A stretch of 64,000 bases of DNA. Source: Candidatus Woesearchaeota archaeon (GTDB lineage: Archaea; Nanobdellota; Nanobdellia; Woesearchaeales; GW2011-AR9). The position numbers and the translations under genes were made by a program. Shown one piece after another: positions 43,340 to 51,135 of the stretch (position 1 is its first letter; every line of letters begins with the position of its first letter). A model generated the notes under the pieces. It did not search any database. It saw only the letters and a list, made by a program, of their open reading frames with translations, and was not told the origin of the DNA. The DNA lies in the NCBI GenBank assembly GCA_016214025.1, contig JACRPH010000003.1:1814-65813 (forward strand), read 5' to 3'.

Positions 43340-44497
43340 ATGAACAAAACCGCAGCCGTATTCCATTGGATTGTGTTTATTGTGCTGGCAGCCATGGCTT
43401 TAATCTACATTTTTAGTGCAGATTTAGAAATAGCCGAGTACAAAGGGGCGTGGCAGTTAAGCTATTTGAGGGCATTTCAAGCTTCCGAGAAAAATTTATT
43501 ATTTTTAGACCAAGAAATGACCCAAAACGCGGAGAAAGTAGCTAAAAACTTACCCGCAGCATTATTTTCTTCTGAGCTAGGCTGTGGAATGTATGAAAGC
43601 ATCGCAGTGTGGAATAAAAAGAGTGATTTCTGTCTGATTGAGCCGGAAAAGAAGTTTGTGGAAGCGTTTAAAGCGTTGCTAGGGGAGAAAGAAGCCATGT
43701 ATTCTAATTTTACAGTAGGAGTTAATGAAATTGTGGGAATAAGTCAAAATAAAAGCATCGTTGGCTCTTCGTTAGACTTAATCCCTACCGAAAGAAGGTC
43801 AGCCACTTGGTTTACTTCATATGACGCATTTACCATCAAGCCTTTTTACCTGAAATACGAATATGCTCCTAGTTTTAGAGTCAAAGTTAATTTGAGTTTT
43901 GAAGAGTACAAAGAGTTAGAGGTCCAAGCTAAGAAGTTGGTGGGAAAATGCCAGAATGAGCCGGAATTAAAATCCTGCCTGGAACAGAACAAAAATAAAG
44001 CATGGAAGTTAGGCTCGTGTGGTTCAGAAAGTTATTCTAATGCTGCTCGAAAAGTGTTATTTTGCACTTTAATTAAAGCTCAAGAAACTAAGTTTGCTCT
44101 TGATTTCACTTCAGAGAAAGTTTCGCCCCCTTCAGATGTAGATGCGGAAGCGGTAGCTGACGGCTTTTTAATTACTTTCCCTCAAAATGAGCTGGCAGAT
44201 TCTTATGTAATTCATTATACTGATTGGAGCATTGCACCGCAGAAAGTGCCGAATACTGCTGATAATATCTTTTTTGGAGTTCCTACATTTAATTTGTATC
44301 AACAGGTGGCTTTAATTCCTCCTGCTGATGAAAACTGTCCCGTAGATAAGTTACCCGGAGAGACATATTTGTGTTCGGGGAAGATAAATTACATACTTGA
44401 CGATGCCCAATTAACTTCAGGAATGTATGTGGGGGTAGCTGCAGTTAAAGATGGAGTAGAATCGCAGATAAATGAGTTTGTGGTTATATCTTCTTAA
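43340..44497 (+). CDS. N-terminally anchored secreted protein (385 aa), last gene of the locus
   Basis: N-terminus 'MNKTAAVFHWIVFIVLAAMALIYIF'. Confidence 0.5.
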   Translation: MNKTAAVFHWIVFIVLAAMALIYIFSADLEIAEYKGAWQLSYLRAFQASEKNLLFLDQEMTQNAEKVAKNLPAALFSSELGCGMYESIAVWNKKSDFCLIEPEKKFVEAFKALLGEKEAMYSNFTVGVNEIVGISQNKSIVGSSLDLIPTERRSATWFTSYDAFTIKPFYLKYEYAPSFRVKVNLSFEEYKELEVQAKKLVGKCQNEPELKSCLEQNKNKAWKLGSCGSESYSNAARKVLFCTLIKAQETKFALDFTSEKVSPPSDVDAEAVADGFLITFPQNELADSYVIHYTDWSIAPQKVPNTADNIFFGVPTFNLYQQVALIPPADENCPVDKLPGETYLCSGKINYILDDAQLTSGMYVGVAAVKDGVESQINEFVVISS

Positions 44498-44508
44498 TCA
44501 CACAAAAC

Positions 44509-44518
44509 CTTATAAATA
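44509..44518 (+). promoter_or_regulatory. TATA box upstream of rpa
   Basis: 'aaccttataaatatac', 41 nt before ATG 44559. Confidence 0.45.
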
Positions 44519-44558
44519 TACTTCTAAATTCGAATTTACATTAAAAGGGTGGTTAATT

Positions 44559-45548
44559 ATGTATAAAATTCCTCTTCCTGAAATTAAAGAAAAGCTTATT
44601 GCTAGCGGCAAGATTACCCCTCGCGAGCTAGATGAGCGTATCAAGAAGAAGATAAATGACCTTTCTGGCCTAATCAGCGAAGAAGGAGCAGCACATATTC
44701 TGGCTAATGAGCTGGGAGTGGAGTTATTCACTTCCGGACAAAAACGGCTGAAGATTAAGGAAATATATGCCGGAATGAGAGATGTTTCTACTATCGGCAG
44801 GGTCGTGCGCAAGTTTGAGCCGAGGGAATTTGCCAAAGGCGAAACTACCGGCAAAGTTTGTTCTATCATATTGGGCGATGATTCGGGAACGATTCGGGTA
44901 GTGTTCTGGAACGAACAGGTTGAGCTGTTGAGTAAAGTCAAAGAAGACGACATTCTCTTGATTAAAGAAGCTTATGTGAGAGAAAATAATGGAAATAAAG
45001 AAATTCATCTGGGCAGCCGGGGAGAGATAACCATTAATCCTGCTGGTGAAGTGGTTGCTCCGGTAACCCAGACTCCGGCTTCTTTTGAACGCAAGAAAAT
45101 CGGCGAACTGAAAGATAATGAAGATGGAGTAGAAATTATGGGTACAGTAGTTCAAGTTTTTGATCCTCGTTTCTTTAATATCTGTCCGGAATGCGGCAAG
45201 AAAGCGGTAGAATCAGAAGGCAGTTTTAAGTGCGAACTGCATAATGTAGTGGTTCCAACTCTATCTTATGTGGTTAATGCCATTTTGGATGACGGCACCG
45301 GAACGATTAGGGGGGTATTCTGGAGGCATCAGGCTAATCATCTTACCGGAAAGGAAGATAAAGTTATGGCTGGGTATAAAGAAGACTTATCCCAGTTTGA
45401 GAACGTCAAGAATGACTTGCTGGGAGAGCAGTTCAAGTTGATTGGGCGGGTAAAAAGAAATGATTTGTTTGACCGATTAGAGTTTAATGTCCAGCTGGTA
45501 GAGAAGGCCAACCCAGCCGAAGAGATGGCTAGATTGGAAGGGAAATAG
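44559..45548 (+). CDS. rpa: Replication protein A (archaeal ssDNA-binding protein, OB folds plus zinc ribbon)
   Basis: From ATG 44559: 'LSGLISEEGAAHILANELGVEL' is the typical archaeal RPA N-terminus. OB-fold 'GDDSGTIRVVFWNEQ' and 'DDGTGTIRGVFWRHQ'. Zinc motif 'CPECGKK...CELH'. Confidence 0.75.
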   Translation: MYKIPLPEIKEKLIASGKITPRELDERIKKKINDLSGLISEEGAAHILANELGVELFTSGQKRLKIKEIYAGMRDVSTIGRVVRKFEPREFAKGETTGKVCSIILGDDSGTIRVVFWNEQVELLSKVKEDDILLIKEAYVRENNGNKEIHLGSRGEITINPAGEVVAPVTQTPASFERKKIGELKDNEDGVEIMGTVVQVFDPRFFNICPECGKKAVESEGSFKCELHNVVVPTLSYVVNAILDDGTGTIRGVFWRHQANHLTGKEDKVMAGYKEDLSQFENVKNDLLGEQFKLIGRVKRNDLFDRLEFNVQLVEKANPAEEMARLEGK

Positions 45549-45566
45549 ATAGCCCAAAATGATGAT

Positions 45567-45908
45567 TTAATCTTTCTCGCTTAGAACCTTCTTAATTTGC
45601 TTTTTTAATAGAGGAAGATCTTTTTGTGTAATATCCCAAACGATGTCTAAATCTATACCAAAGTAACCATGAATTACCTTATCTCTTGTTCTAATCATCT
45701 CACTCCAAGGAAGGGAGTTATGTTTATTTTTGAAATCAGAAGTAATATTCTTTGCCGCCTCGCCCATAATCTCTAATCTTCGAATAATAGCATCTTGAAG
45801 TTGAATTTGCTTGGTAAATTTTTCTTTAGAACTGTTTTTGGTATAGCTTTCAATTTTCTCGATACTTTCCAAAATATGCTTAAGAAAAATTAGGTCTTTC
45901 TCATTCAT
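45567..45908 (-). CDS. hepT: HepT (DUF86, HEPN-domain) toxin
   Basis: 'RTRDKVIHGYFGIDLDIVWDITQKDLPLLKKQI' is the DUF86 signature with the Rx4H-type motif. Confidence 0.8.
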   Translation of the reverse strand: MNEKDLIFLKHILESIEKIESYTKNSSKEKFTKQIQLQDAIIRRLEIMGEAAKNITSDFKNKHNSLPWSEMIRTRDKVIHGYFGIDLDIVWDITQKDLPLLKKQIKKVLSEKD

Positions 45909-46207
45909 AAAATTCTCACCTCTTCATTCAAAACTCTTTCTTTAATTAAAGGATGAATAGATTTATAGGTCAAAAGATCAACTTTTTTCTTAAGTTTCTT
46001 TTCCAATTCTGTCTCTAATCGTACTAGGTCAAATAAGCTTTTACTCTTATTGTATTGAATTAAAATATCCACATCGCTTCTCTTTTTCTGTTTCCCGTGA
46101 GCATATGACCCAAAGATTCCCGCTTGGACTACGTCATTCCTTTTTAAGAGGGGTACAATGATTTTCTTTATGCGATTAATTTCATTATTTTTTGCCATAA
46201 CTTTCAT
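45905..46207 (-). CDS. mntA: MntA nucleotidyltransferase antitoxin
   Basis: 'GIFGSYAHGKQKKRSDVDILI'. 4-nt overlap with hepT. Confidence 0.8.
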   Translation of the reverse strand: MKVMAKNNEINRIKKIIVPLLKRNDVVQAGIFGSYAHGKQKKRSDVDILIQYNKSKSLFDLVRLETELEKKLKKKVDLLTYKSIHPLIKERVLNEEVRIL

Positions 46208-46344
46208 CTAATCGTATTCTTTATATAAAATTTCCTAGTTTTTGTACGGGAGGTTCGGTATTTCAGTTTTACTTTGGAGTAACAAAAAGCTTATAAACTA
46301 ACCTGCTTTTACACTACAAAATAACCCTTAGGAGGAACTAAACC

Positions 46345-47289
46345 ATGTCTGAGCCAACCCCGTTAATTGAAATAATCGAAGGAAATTATCTTGATGCATT
46401 CAAGGCATCTGTACCGGAAACATTGCTTACTTCTGCTGAAGTTCAGGCTAAAAGAGTTGAATTTGGAAAGAGAGGAGACACTTCTTTAAATCGCTGGCTT
46501 TATACTGCTAACACTCCTTTGTATGGAATGGCTGGTAAAACTGCAATTCATTTCTTAGGCGGAAGAGAAGCTTTCTTGAAATTATATTCTCCACATATAG
46601 ACGACGTTTATGCTCAGATTGTTAACGGCAGGAATAATGGTTATGCGCTTCCTTCTGAAGATGCTCAATGGGTCAAAGCAGGGATGGATCCAAGAGCATT
46701 ACAGCAGTTTGATTTGAAAAGTCTTATTGAGGAAAAAGATGACAATGAATGGGGTCACTATACTATAAACACTGCTAAGCCAGATAAAATAAAAGGAGAA
46801 AGGCGGGCACATGCGGAATTAGTTTATGGTGAAAGCGATGCTTTTTACGCAGTTATGGAAATGCTTAATCAAAAAGGCATTGCTCAAACTAATGTTTATT
46901 TGTTGCTCCCGAAATTTGTTCAAAAATCATGTGCAGAAAAAGCTCAAATTGTTGGGCGGGGCGCTTGGCTTGACGACGTGAGCAACTACTCCAACTTCGT
47001 CGGTGATGCTCGTGATCTTGGCAGTCACTTCGCTTTCCTCGGGGTACGTCGTAGGGCGAGCGTTAGCGAGCCAGTAGTTGAATGCCCGAAGGGCGTCGCG
47101 CCGGAAAATGCAGTAGTTTCTGAAACTCCACCAATCGGTTCGCCAGTAATTCAGCTGAATCCTGAGATGGTTTTGGACTACATCAGAAATAAAGAGAATA
47201 GGGCGGCGTTTTTATCGAAGATGAATGATGCCGATGCTTTGCTGATGCAATACCTCGCAGGAGAATATACTCAGAAACTTTTTGCGTAA
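46345..47289 (+). CDS. Hypothetical protein (314 aa)
   Basis: SD-like 'taggagg' upstream. Contains 'GRGAWLDDVSNYSNFVGDARDLGSHFAFLGVRR', which is duplicated downstream. No family assigned. Confidence 0.5.
   Translation: MSEPTPLIEIIEGNYLDAFKASVPETLLTSAEVQAKRVEFGKRGDTSLNRWLYTANTPLYGMAGKTAIHFLGGREAFLKLYSPHIDDVYAQIVNGRNNGYALPSEDAQWVKAGMDPRALQQFDLKSLIEEKDDNEWGHYTINTAKPDKIKGERRAHAELVYGESDAFYAVMEMLNQKGIAQTNVYLLLPKFVQKSCAEKAQIVGRGAWLDDVSNYSNFVGDARDLGSHFAFLGVRRRASVSEPVVECPKGVAPENAVVSETPPIGSPVIQLNPEMVLDYIRNKENRAAFLSKMNDADALLMQYLAGEYTQKLFA
46948..47042 (+). repeat. 95-bp segment, copy 1 (inside the 314-aa gene)
   Basis: 'attgttgggcggggcgcttggctt...cgctttcctcgg' recurs at 47500-47594. Confidence 0.85.
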
Positions 47290-47499
47290 AGTATTTAACT
47301 CCATTTATTTTTCTGGTTCTTGTCTCAGCAACAGCTTTACAAAAGCGGTGCTGGACTACACGCCCTGTTGCTACGATCGAGGCGACTCGATTATAAAACC
47401 TTCAGGTTGAACACGTTCCAGCTTGATAAATTACAATGGCGACAGAAATGAAGCCATGGTGCGCTAAGGAAGAGAGCACTTCCACGGCAATGGGGCTAC

Positions 47500-47594
47500 A
47501 TTGTTGGGCGGGGCGCTTGGCTTAACGACATGAGCAACAACTCCAACTTCAACGGAGATGCTCGTAATCTTAACAATCACAACGCTTTCCTCGG
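47500..47594 (+). repeat. 95-bp segment, copy 2 (upstream of the YdjM-like gene)
   Basis: Same length as copy 1, about 13 substitutions. Every difference I could align is a change to A in this copy. Confidence 0.85.
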
Positions 47595-47628
47595 AATAGC
47601 CCGGCAGTTGCTGAGACCATTTATACCT

Positions 47629-48081
47629 ATGCTCTTCCTTACCCACCTCCTGCTTGGACTAATATCGTTTCTCCTGGTTAAAGAGGAGCTCGTTGGAAAT
47701 CAGCTTATTATCCTGCTCTTAATTCTGCTCGGAAGCATCCTTCCCGATATTGATGAAGAGAACAGCCGAATCAATAAATGGGGGCGTATTCTAGGAAAAG
47801 TAATCGCTTTCTTCTCTAAGCATCGGGGAATGTTTCATTCGCTATTGTTTGCAGTATTGTTAAGCGCAATTTTAGGTTATGTGTGGAGTTGGTATTATGG
47901 GATCGCTCTGTTTATTGGTTATCTCTCGCACCTAATTGGCGACGCTTTAACTCCGATGGGCATACAAGTATTCTACCCCTTCTTAAAGTTCAGAATTAAA
48001 GGTCCGATTAAGACGGGTGGTTGGATGGAATGGGTGGTGAGAATTATATTAGTGGTGTTAATTGTAAAAGAAATATTGTAA
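47629..48081 (+). CDS. YdjM/DUF457-like membrane-bound metal-dependent hydrolase
   Basis: From ATG 47629: 'MLFLTHLLLG', 'LPDIDEENSRI', 'HRGMFHSLLF' and 'SHLIGDALTPMGIQVFYPF'. The ORF-track start at 47530 covers the repeat copy and is unlikely. Confidence 0.65.
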   Translation: MLFLTHLLLGLISFLLVKEELVGNQLIILLLILLGSILPDIDEENSRINKWGRILGKVIAFFSKHRGMFHSLLFAVLLSAILGYVWSWYYGIALFIGYLSHLIGDALTPMGIQVFYPFLKFRIKGPIKTGGWMEWVVRIILVVLIVKEIL

Positions 48082-48093
48082 AAATAACAAAAA

Positions 48094-48642
48094 CTATTCT
48101 TCAGTTATCCTCGGAAACACATAACTGGTAAAGCAGATAGCCACTAAAGCCGTCCCGTACTGTTTTTTTGGAGTAAGACTTTCTTTGAGCACTTTAATGT
48201 CTTTCAGCTCATACTGCTCCGTAAATCCGTTTTCATATAACTCCCCGATGCTGGCTCTAAGTTTGCTTTCAATGTCTTCTAGAGAATAATCGCCATTGTG
48301 TTCGCATACTAATCCCCCATATTTTGCACCAGTCTCTTTGTCATATAACTCTCCGTAAATTATTCCTGCAGTAGCTCTCTGTCCTTTTTCAGCGTGGGCT
48401 ACAGCCATGATAGATTCCAACACCGCGCCATGCACTAAAGCTGGCTTCTTCACTTCTTTAGAAATACCGGGCATGATGGACGAATAAGTCATGATGTTGC
48501 ATCGTTCTATCCCTGCTTTTTGAAGTGCCAGATGGTAAGAACCGGCATGAATGGTAATGTCGCTTTCTCCAGTTCCTTGAGTAGTAAAATAATCTTTAGG
48601 TATGCGACAACCCAAAACAATGCCCTCAACGTCTGGTGTCAT
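48094..48642 (-). CDS. pdaD: Pyruvoyl-dependent arginine decarboxylase
   Basis: 'YFTTQGTGESD' and the self-cleavage site context 'NIMTYSSIMPG' (compare ISSIMP in archaeal PdaD). Confidence 0.8.
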   Translation of the reverse strand: MTPDVEGIVLGCRIPKDYFTTQGTGESDITIHAGSYHLALQKAGIERCNIMTYSSIMPGISKEVKKPALVHGAVLESIMAVAHAEKGQRATAGIIYGELYDKETGAKYGGLVCEHNGDYSLEDIESKLRASIGELYENGFTEQYELKDIKVLKESLTPKKQYGTALVAICFTSYVFPRITEE

Positions 48643-48931
48643 TTTAATCTTATTTTTGTTCCCCTTATTTTCGTTTAGAATTTAAATCGATTTTAGCGTT
48701 AATTATTTGAGAAAGAGCTGCTCCATTGCTGCTGGGCGGCTCGAATAGTCCTGATTTATGGTAAGTTAGATTAAGTATCATTCCCCCTTTTTTTGGCGTT
48801 GTCGGCTTCTTTCCTCCTGCACTGATGAAGTTATCCAGTATTTTATTACTGCTTTATAAATATTACTATTTTGACTTATTTGTAGTCTTTAAATCAAAAA
48901 GCACCATTATTTTTGATTTTAGAAAATCCAT

Positions 48932-49273
48932 TTATTTATGATTTGGGATTTTCTTTAATTTTGATTCAGGCGGCAGGTCCTGCTTGCCCGTCAGCGTCAC
49001 AATTCCGTCTTTCACGTCTATATCTAATTCTACCAGGTTATTTATCACAATATCGTTGCCCAATAGATAGTAAGACACGTTCCTGAGTTCTTTGATTCTG
49101 ACTTTCTCAATCTCTTTGAATTCCAGCACGTGCACCGGCTCTTTTCCTTTCAGATGCGGGTTATTTTCGTTGAATAGCCCGATAAAAGCAGTCCATAACA
49201 TATCTTTGTTCTTTCCCGGCTTTCTGCTGATCACCACGCTCTTTATTTTGTAATGGTTTATCATACTTTTCAC
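48932..49273 (-). CDS. Hypothetical protein (113 aa)
   Basis: ORF with a 4-nt overlap to the upstream membrane-protein gene; no motif. Confidence 0.4.
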   Translation of the reverse strand: MKSMINHYKIKSVVISRKPGKNKDMLWTAFIGLFNENNPHLKGKEPVHVLEFKEIEKVRIKELRNVSYYLLGNDIVINNLVELDIDVKDGIVTLTGKQDLPPESKLKKIPNHK

Positions 49274-49623
49274 TTAATGAATTTCTCACTTTTAAATATT
49301 ACTATAATTTTTTTCAAATGGAGGTAATAGGATATTACAAATGATGCTCCGAAGAAAAGCAATATTCCGAAGCGGCTGCCCCAGAAGCCCCCGATTAAGT
49401 AGCCCAGCAGGAAGCCAATGATAATTAAGATAGAAGGAAGAATAGGCTGGGAAAAGCGCTTGATGTAATAAATTCTGCCGGCAATCAAACCGGCTAATAC
49501 GATGGTAATGTAACCAAACAGGACGTTGCGCAGCAGCATAGACACCACTAAAGCCAGCACCATTAACGCTGCCGCTAATACCTCTGCCCAATTTTCCTGC
49601 AACGTTTTCGGTTCAAAATCCAT
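49270..49623 (-). CDS. Small membrane protein (about 3 TM)
   Basis: Hydrophobic segments 'VLAAALMVLALVVSMLL', 'ITIVLAGLIAGRI', 'ILIIIGFLLGYLIGGFW'. Confidence 0.45.
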   Translation of the reverse strand: MDFEPKTLQENWAEVLAAALMVLALVVSMLLRNVLFGYITIVLAGLIAGRIYYIKRFSQPILPSILIIIGFLLGYLIGGFWGSRFGILLFFGASFVISYYLHLKKIIVIFKSEKFIK

Positions 49624-49665
49624 TTCTCATATACTCGACTTGTCTCGTAATAGCAAATGCGTTTG

Positions 49666-50478
49666 CTATACCTCTGACATGACCAACCAGTTTACAATAC
49701 CGGCAATTATGGCCAGTATCCAGGCTACAATCAATCCAATAACGTTTTGGCTGATTAATAATACCGTAAACACCACCACCACTCCGATAGCGATGTAATA
49801 TAACATTCTCCATCCCCAAAAGATGCTTAACCCATCCAACTGTGGAAGAGGCAGCATGGCGCACCACGCCATAATTATATTGAAGAGCAAGCCTTTATGA
49901 AAGAAGTAATTCTCGGGGAAGAGGTATAATCCCAAAGCGAACAGCAAGGCCAGGATTAAATTACCGATAATCCCCCAAAATGCGATTACTCCGTTTATCT
50001 GGTATGAATGCCCGTAACGGAATTCTCCTAATCTAAGCTTGACCATGAATGAAGTTATCATCACTCCGGCGAGGATTATAGGGAATCGACCGTTGGTGAT
50101 GAAAGCCAGCACTAAAGCGATAACAATTCCTACCCAGAACGTCTTGAATTCAGCTTTGAACCCGTCGAATAAGCTGTTGACTTTTTGCAGGGAAAGGCGG
50201 AAGAAGAGGGAGATAAAGATTACAATTAGAGTGAGAATAAGATTTCTCATCCCCAAGGCTAAATCAAACGTTTCTGCCCCCCAGTCGCGGAAAGAAAAGA
50301 TAAATGCCGAGGCAATAGCAATAGCTATTATTCCAACTAATTCCTGCTGGCTGAATCTAAAATTATCTTTACATCTATGCCACAGTTCAGTAAAGGACAC
50401 CATCTTTTTACTGGAAGAATGTGTTTTGGTATATAAAGGATTTGTTTCATTTGAGAAATTCTTTGCTATAAAAATCAA
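49666..50478 (-). CDS. Polytopic membrane protein, M50 (site-2 protease)-like but lacking HExxH
   Basis: 'AMLPLPQLDGLSIFWGW' resembles the M50 'LLPxxPLDGG' motif. No HExxH anywhere in the 270 aa. Confidence 0.35.
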   Translation of the reverse strand: MIFIAKNFSNETNPLYTKTHSSSKKMVSFTELWHRCKDNFRFSQQELVGIIAIAIASAFIFSFRDWGAETFDLALGMRNLILTLIVIFISLFFRLSLQKVNSLFDGFKAEFKTFWVGIVIALVLAFITNGRFPIILAGVMITSFMVKLRLGEFRYGHSYQINGVIAFWGIIGNLILALLFALGLYLFPENYFFHKGLLFNIIMAWCAMLPLPQLDGLSIFWGWRMLYYIAIGVVVVFTVLLISQNVIGLIVAWILAIIAGIVNWLVMSEV

Positions 50479-50575
50479 CTCCCCTTTCTTTTCTAATTTC
50501 TTTAATGATCTTTTTGGTACTTTTAGTAAACTTTAATGCTCCAAACAATTCTTCCAAAACGGTTTTCTGCGCCAT

Positions 50576-50859
50576 TTAATTTTCTTCCAGCCACCTTACT
50601 ATATCCTCAACCGACCATCGTCTAAGGCCAGCTTGGTCAAAGTGCGGATCATTGCTGAATATTCCCCGGTTCGAAACGGAAAGGCTTAACGCCACAAAAG
50701 GCGCATCCTTCGGGTCAATGCTTTTCATTATGCTCTCTGCTTCCGGAAGTTTAGAAACAAATTGGCTTTTTGACACTATTTCAACACGCTGCAAAATATA
50801 GAATTCTTATTAATCAGTGCAGAAATAATCCTGTTGCTGTTAAGAATGAGCGCCAGCAA
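50576..50859 (-). pseudogene. Frameshifted PIN-domain (VapC-like) gene
   Basis: The N-terminal piece (50859-50776, TTG start) reads 'LLALILNSNRIISALINKNSIFCSVLK*', with N where the first catalytic D is expected. The rest is in another frame ('DAPFVALSLSVSNRGIFSNDPHF'). Confidence 0.5.
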
Positions 50860-51073
50860 GGTAATGCTCCCGATAGAGATTTTCTTTTATTTTCTCACCG
50901 ATTTCTTCAGCATTCTCTTCCGTAAGCTTGCTTTTTTTGAGTATTTCCTCCACCAATTGGCGTTCACTCACTTTAAGAAAGAGCTCTCTGACTATGATTT
51001 CATTCCAGTTTGTGAACTGGTCTTTTTTCATTTCTCTTCCAATGGCGTCCGGAATCTGTAGTTTCATTTCCAT
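50840..51073 (-). CDS. Putative antitoxin upstream of the decayed PIN gene
   Basis: 77 aa; 'ILKKSKLTEENAEEIGEKIK' resembles archaeal VapB-like partners. Its end overlaps the PIN fragment. Confidence 0.4.
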   Translation of the reverse strand: MEMKLQIPDAIGREMKKDQFTNWNEIIVRELFLKVSERQLVEEILKKSKLTEENAEEIGEKIKENLYREHYLAGAHS

Positions 51074-51135
51074 AGACTTTGAGAAGGTTGTTTTCTTTAT
51101 AAAAGTTTGTCTCTATTTTTCTACTTTAATTTTCT

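Noticed and set aside
22456-47628. Upstream-extended starts given by the ORF track (22456, 31357, 38749, 40115, 41147, 44472, 47530)
   Set aside because: In most cases an internal ATG gives a canonical signal or pilin-like N-terminus (or a conserved RPA/YdjM N-terminus), removes overlap with the upstream gene, or sits after a TATA/SD-like element. For 38749 versus 38764 either start remains plausible. Internal starts were used instead.
49292-50536. Overlapping alternative ORFs 49292..49591, 49526..49798, 49613..49867 and 50039..50536
   Set aside because: They overlap the two membrane-protein genes in other frames or on the other strand, and their translations lack coherent hydrophobic segments or motifs.
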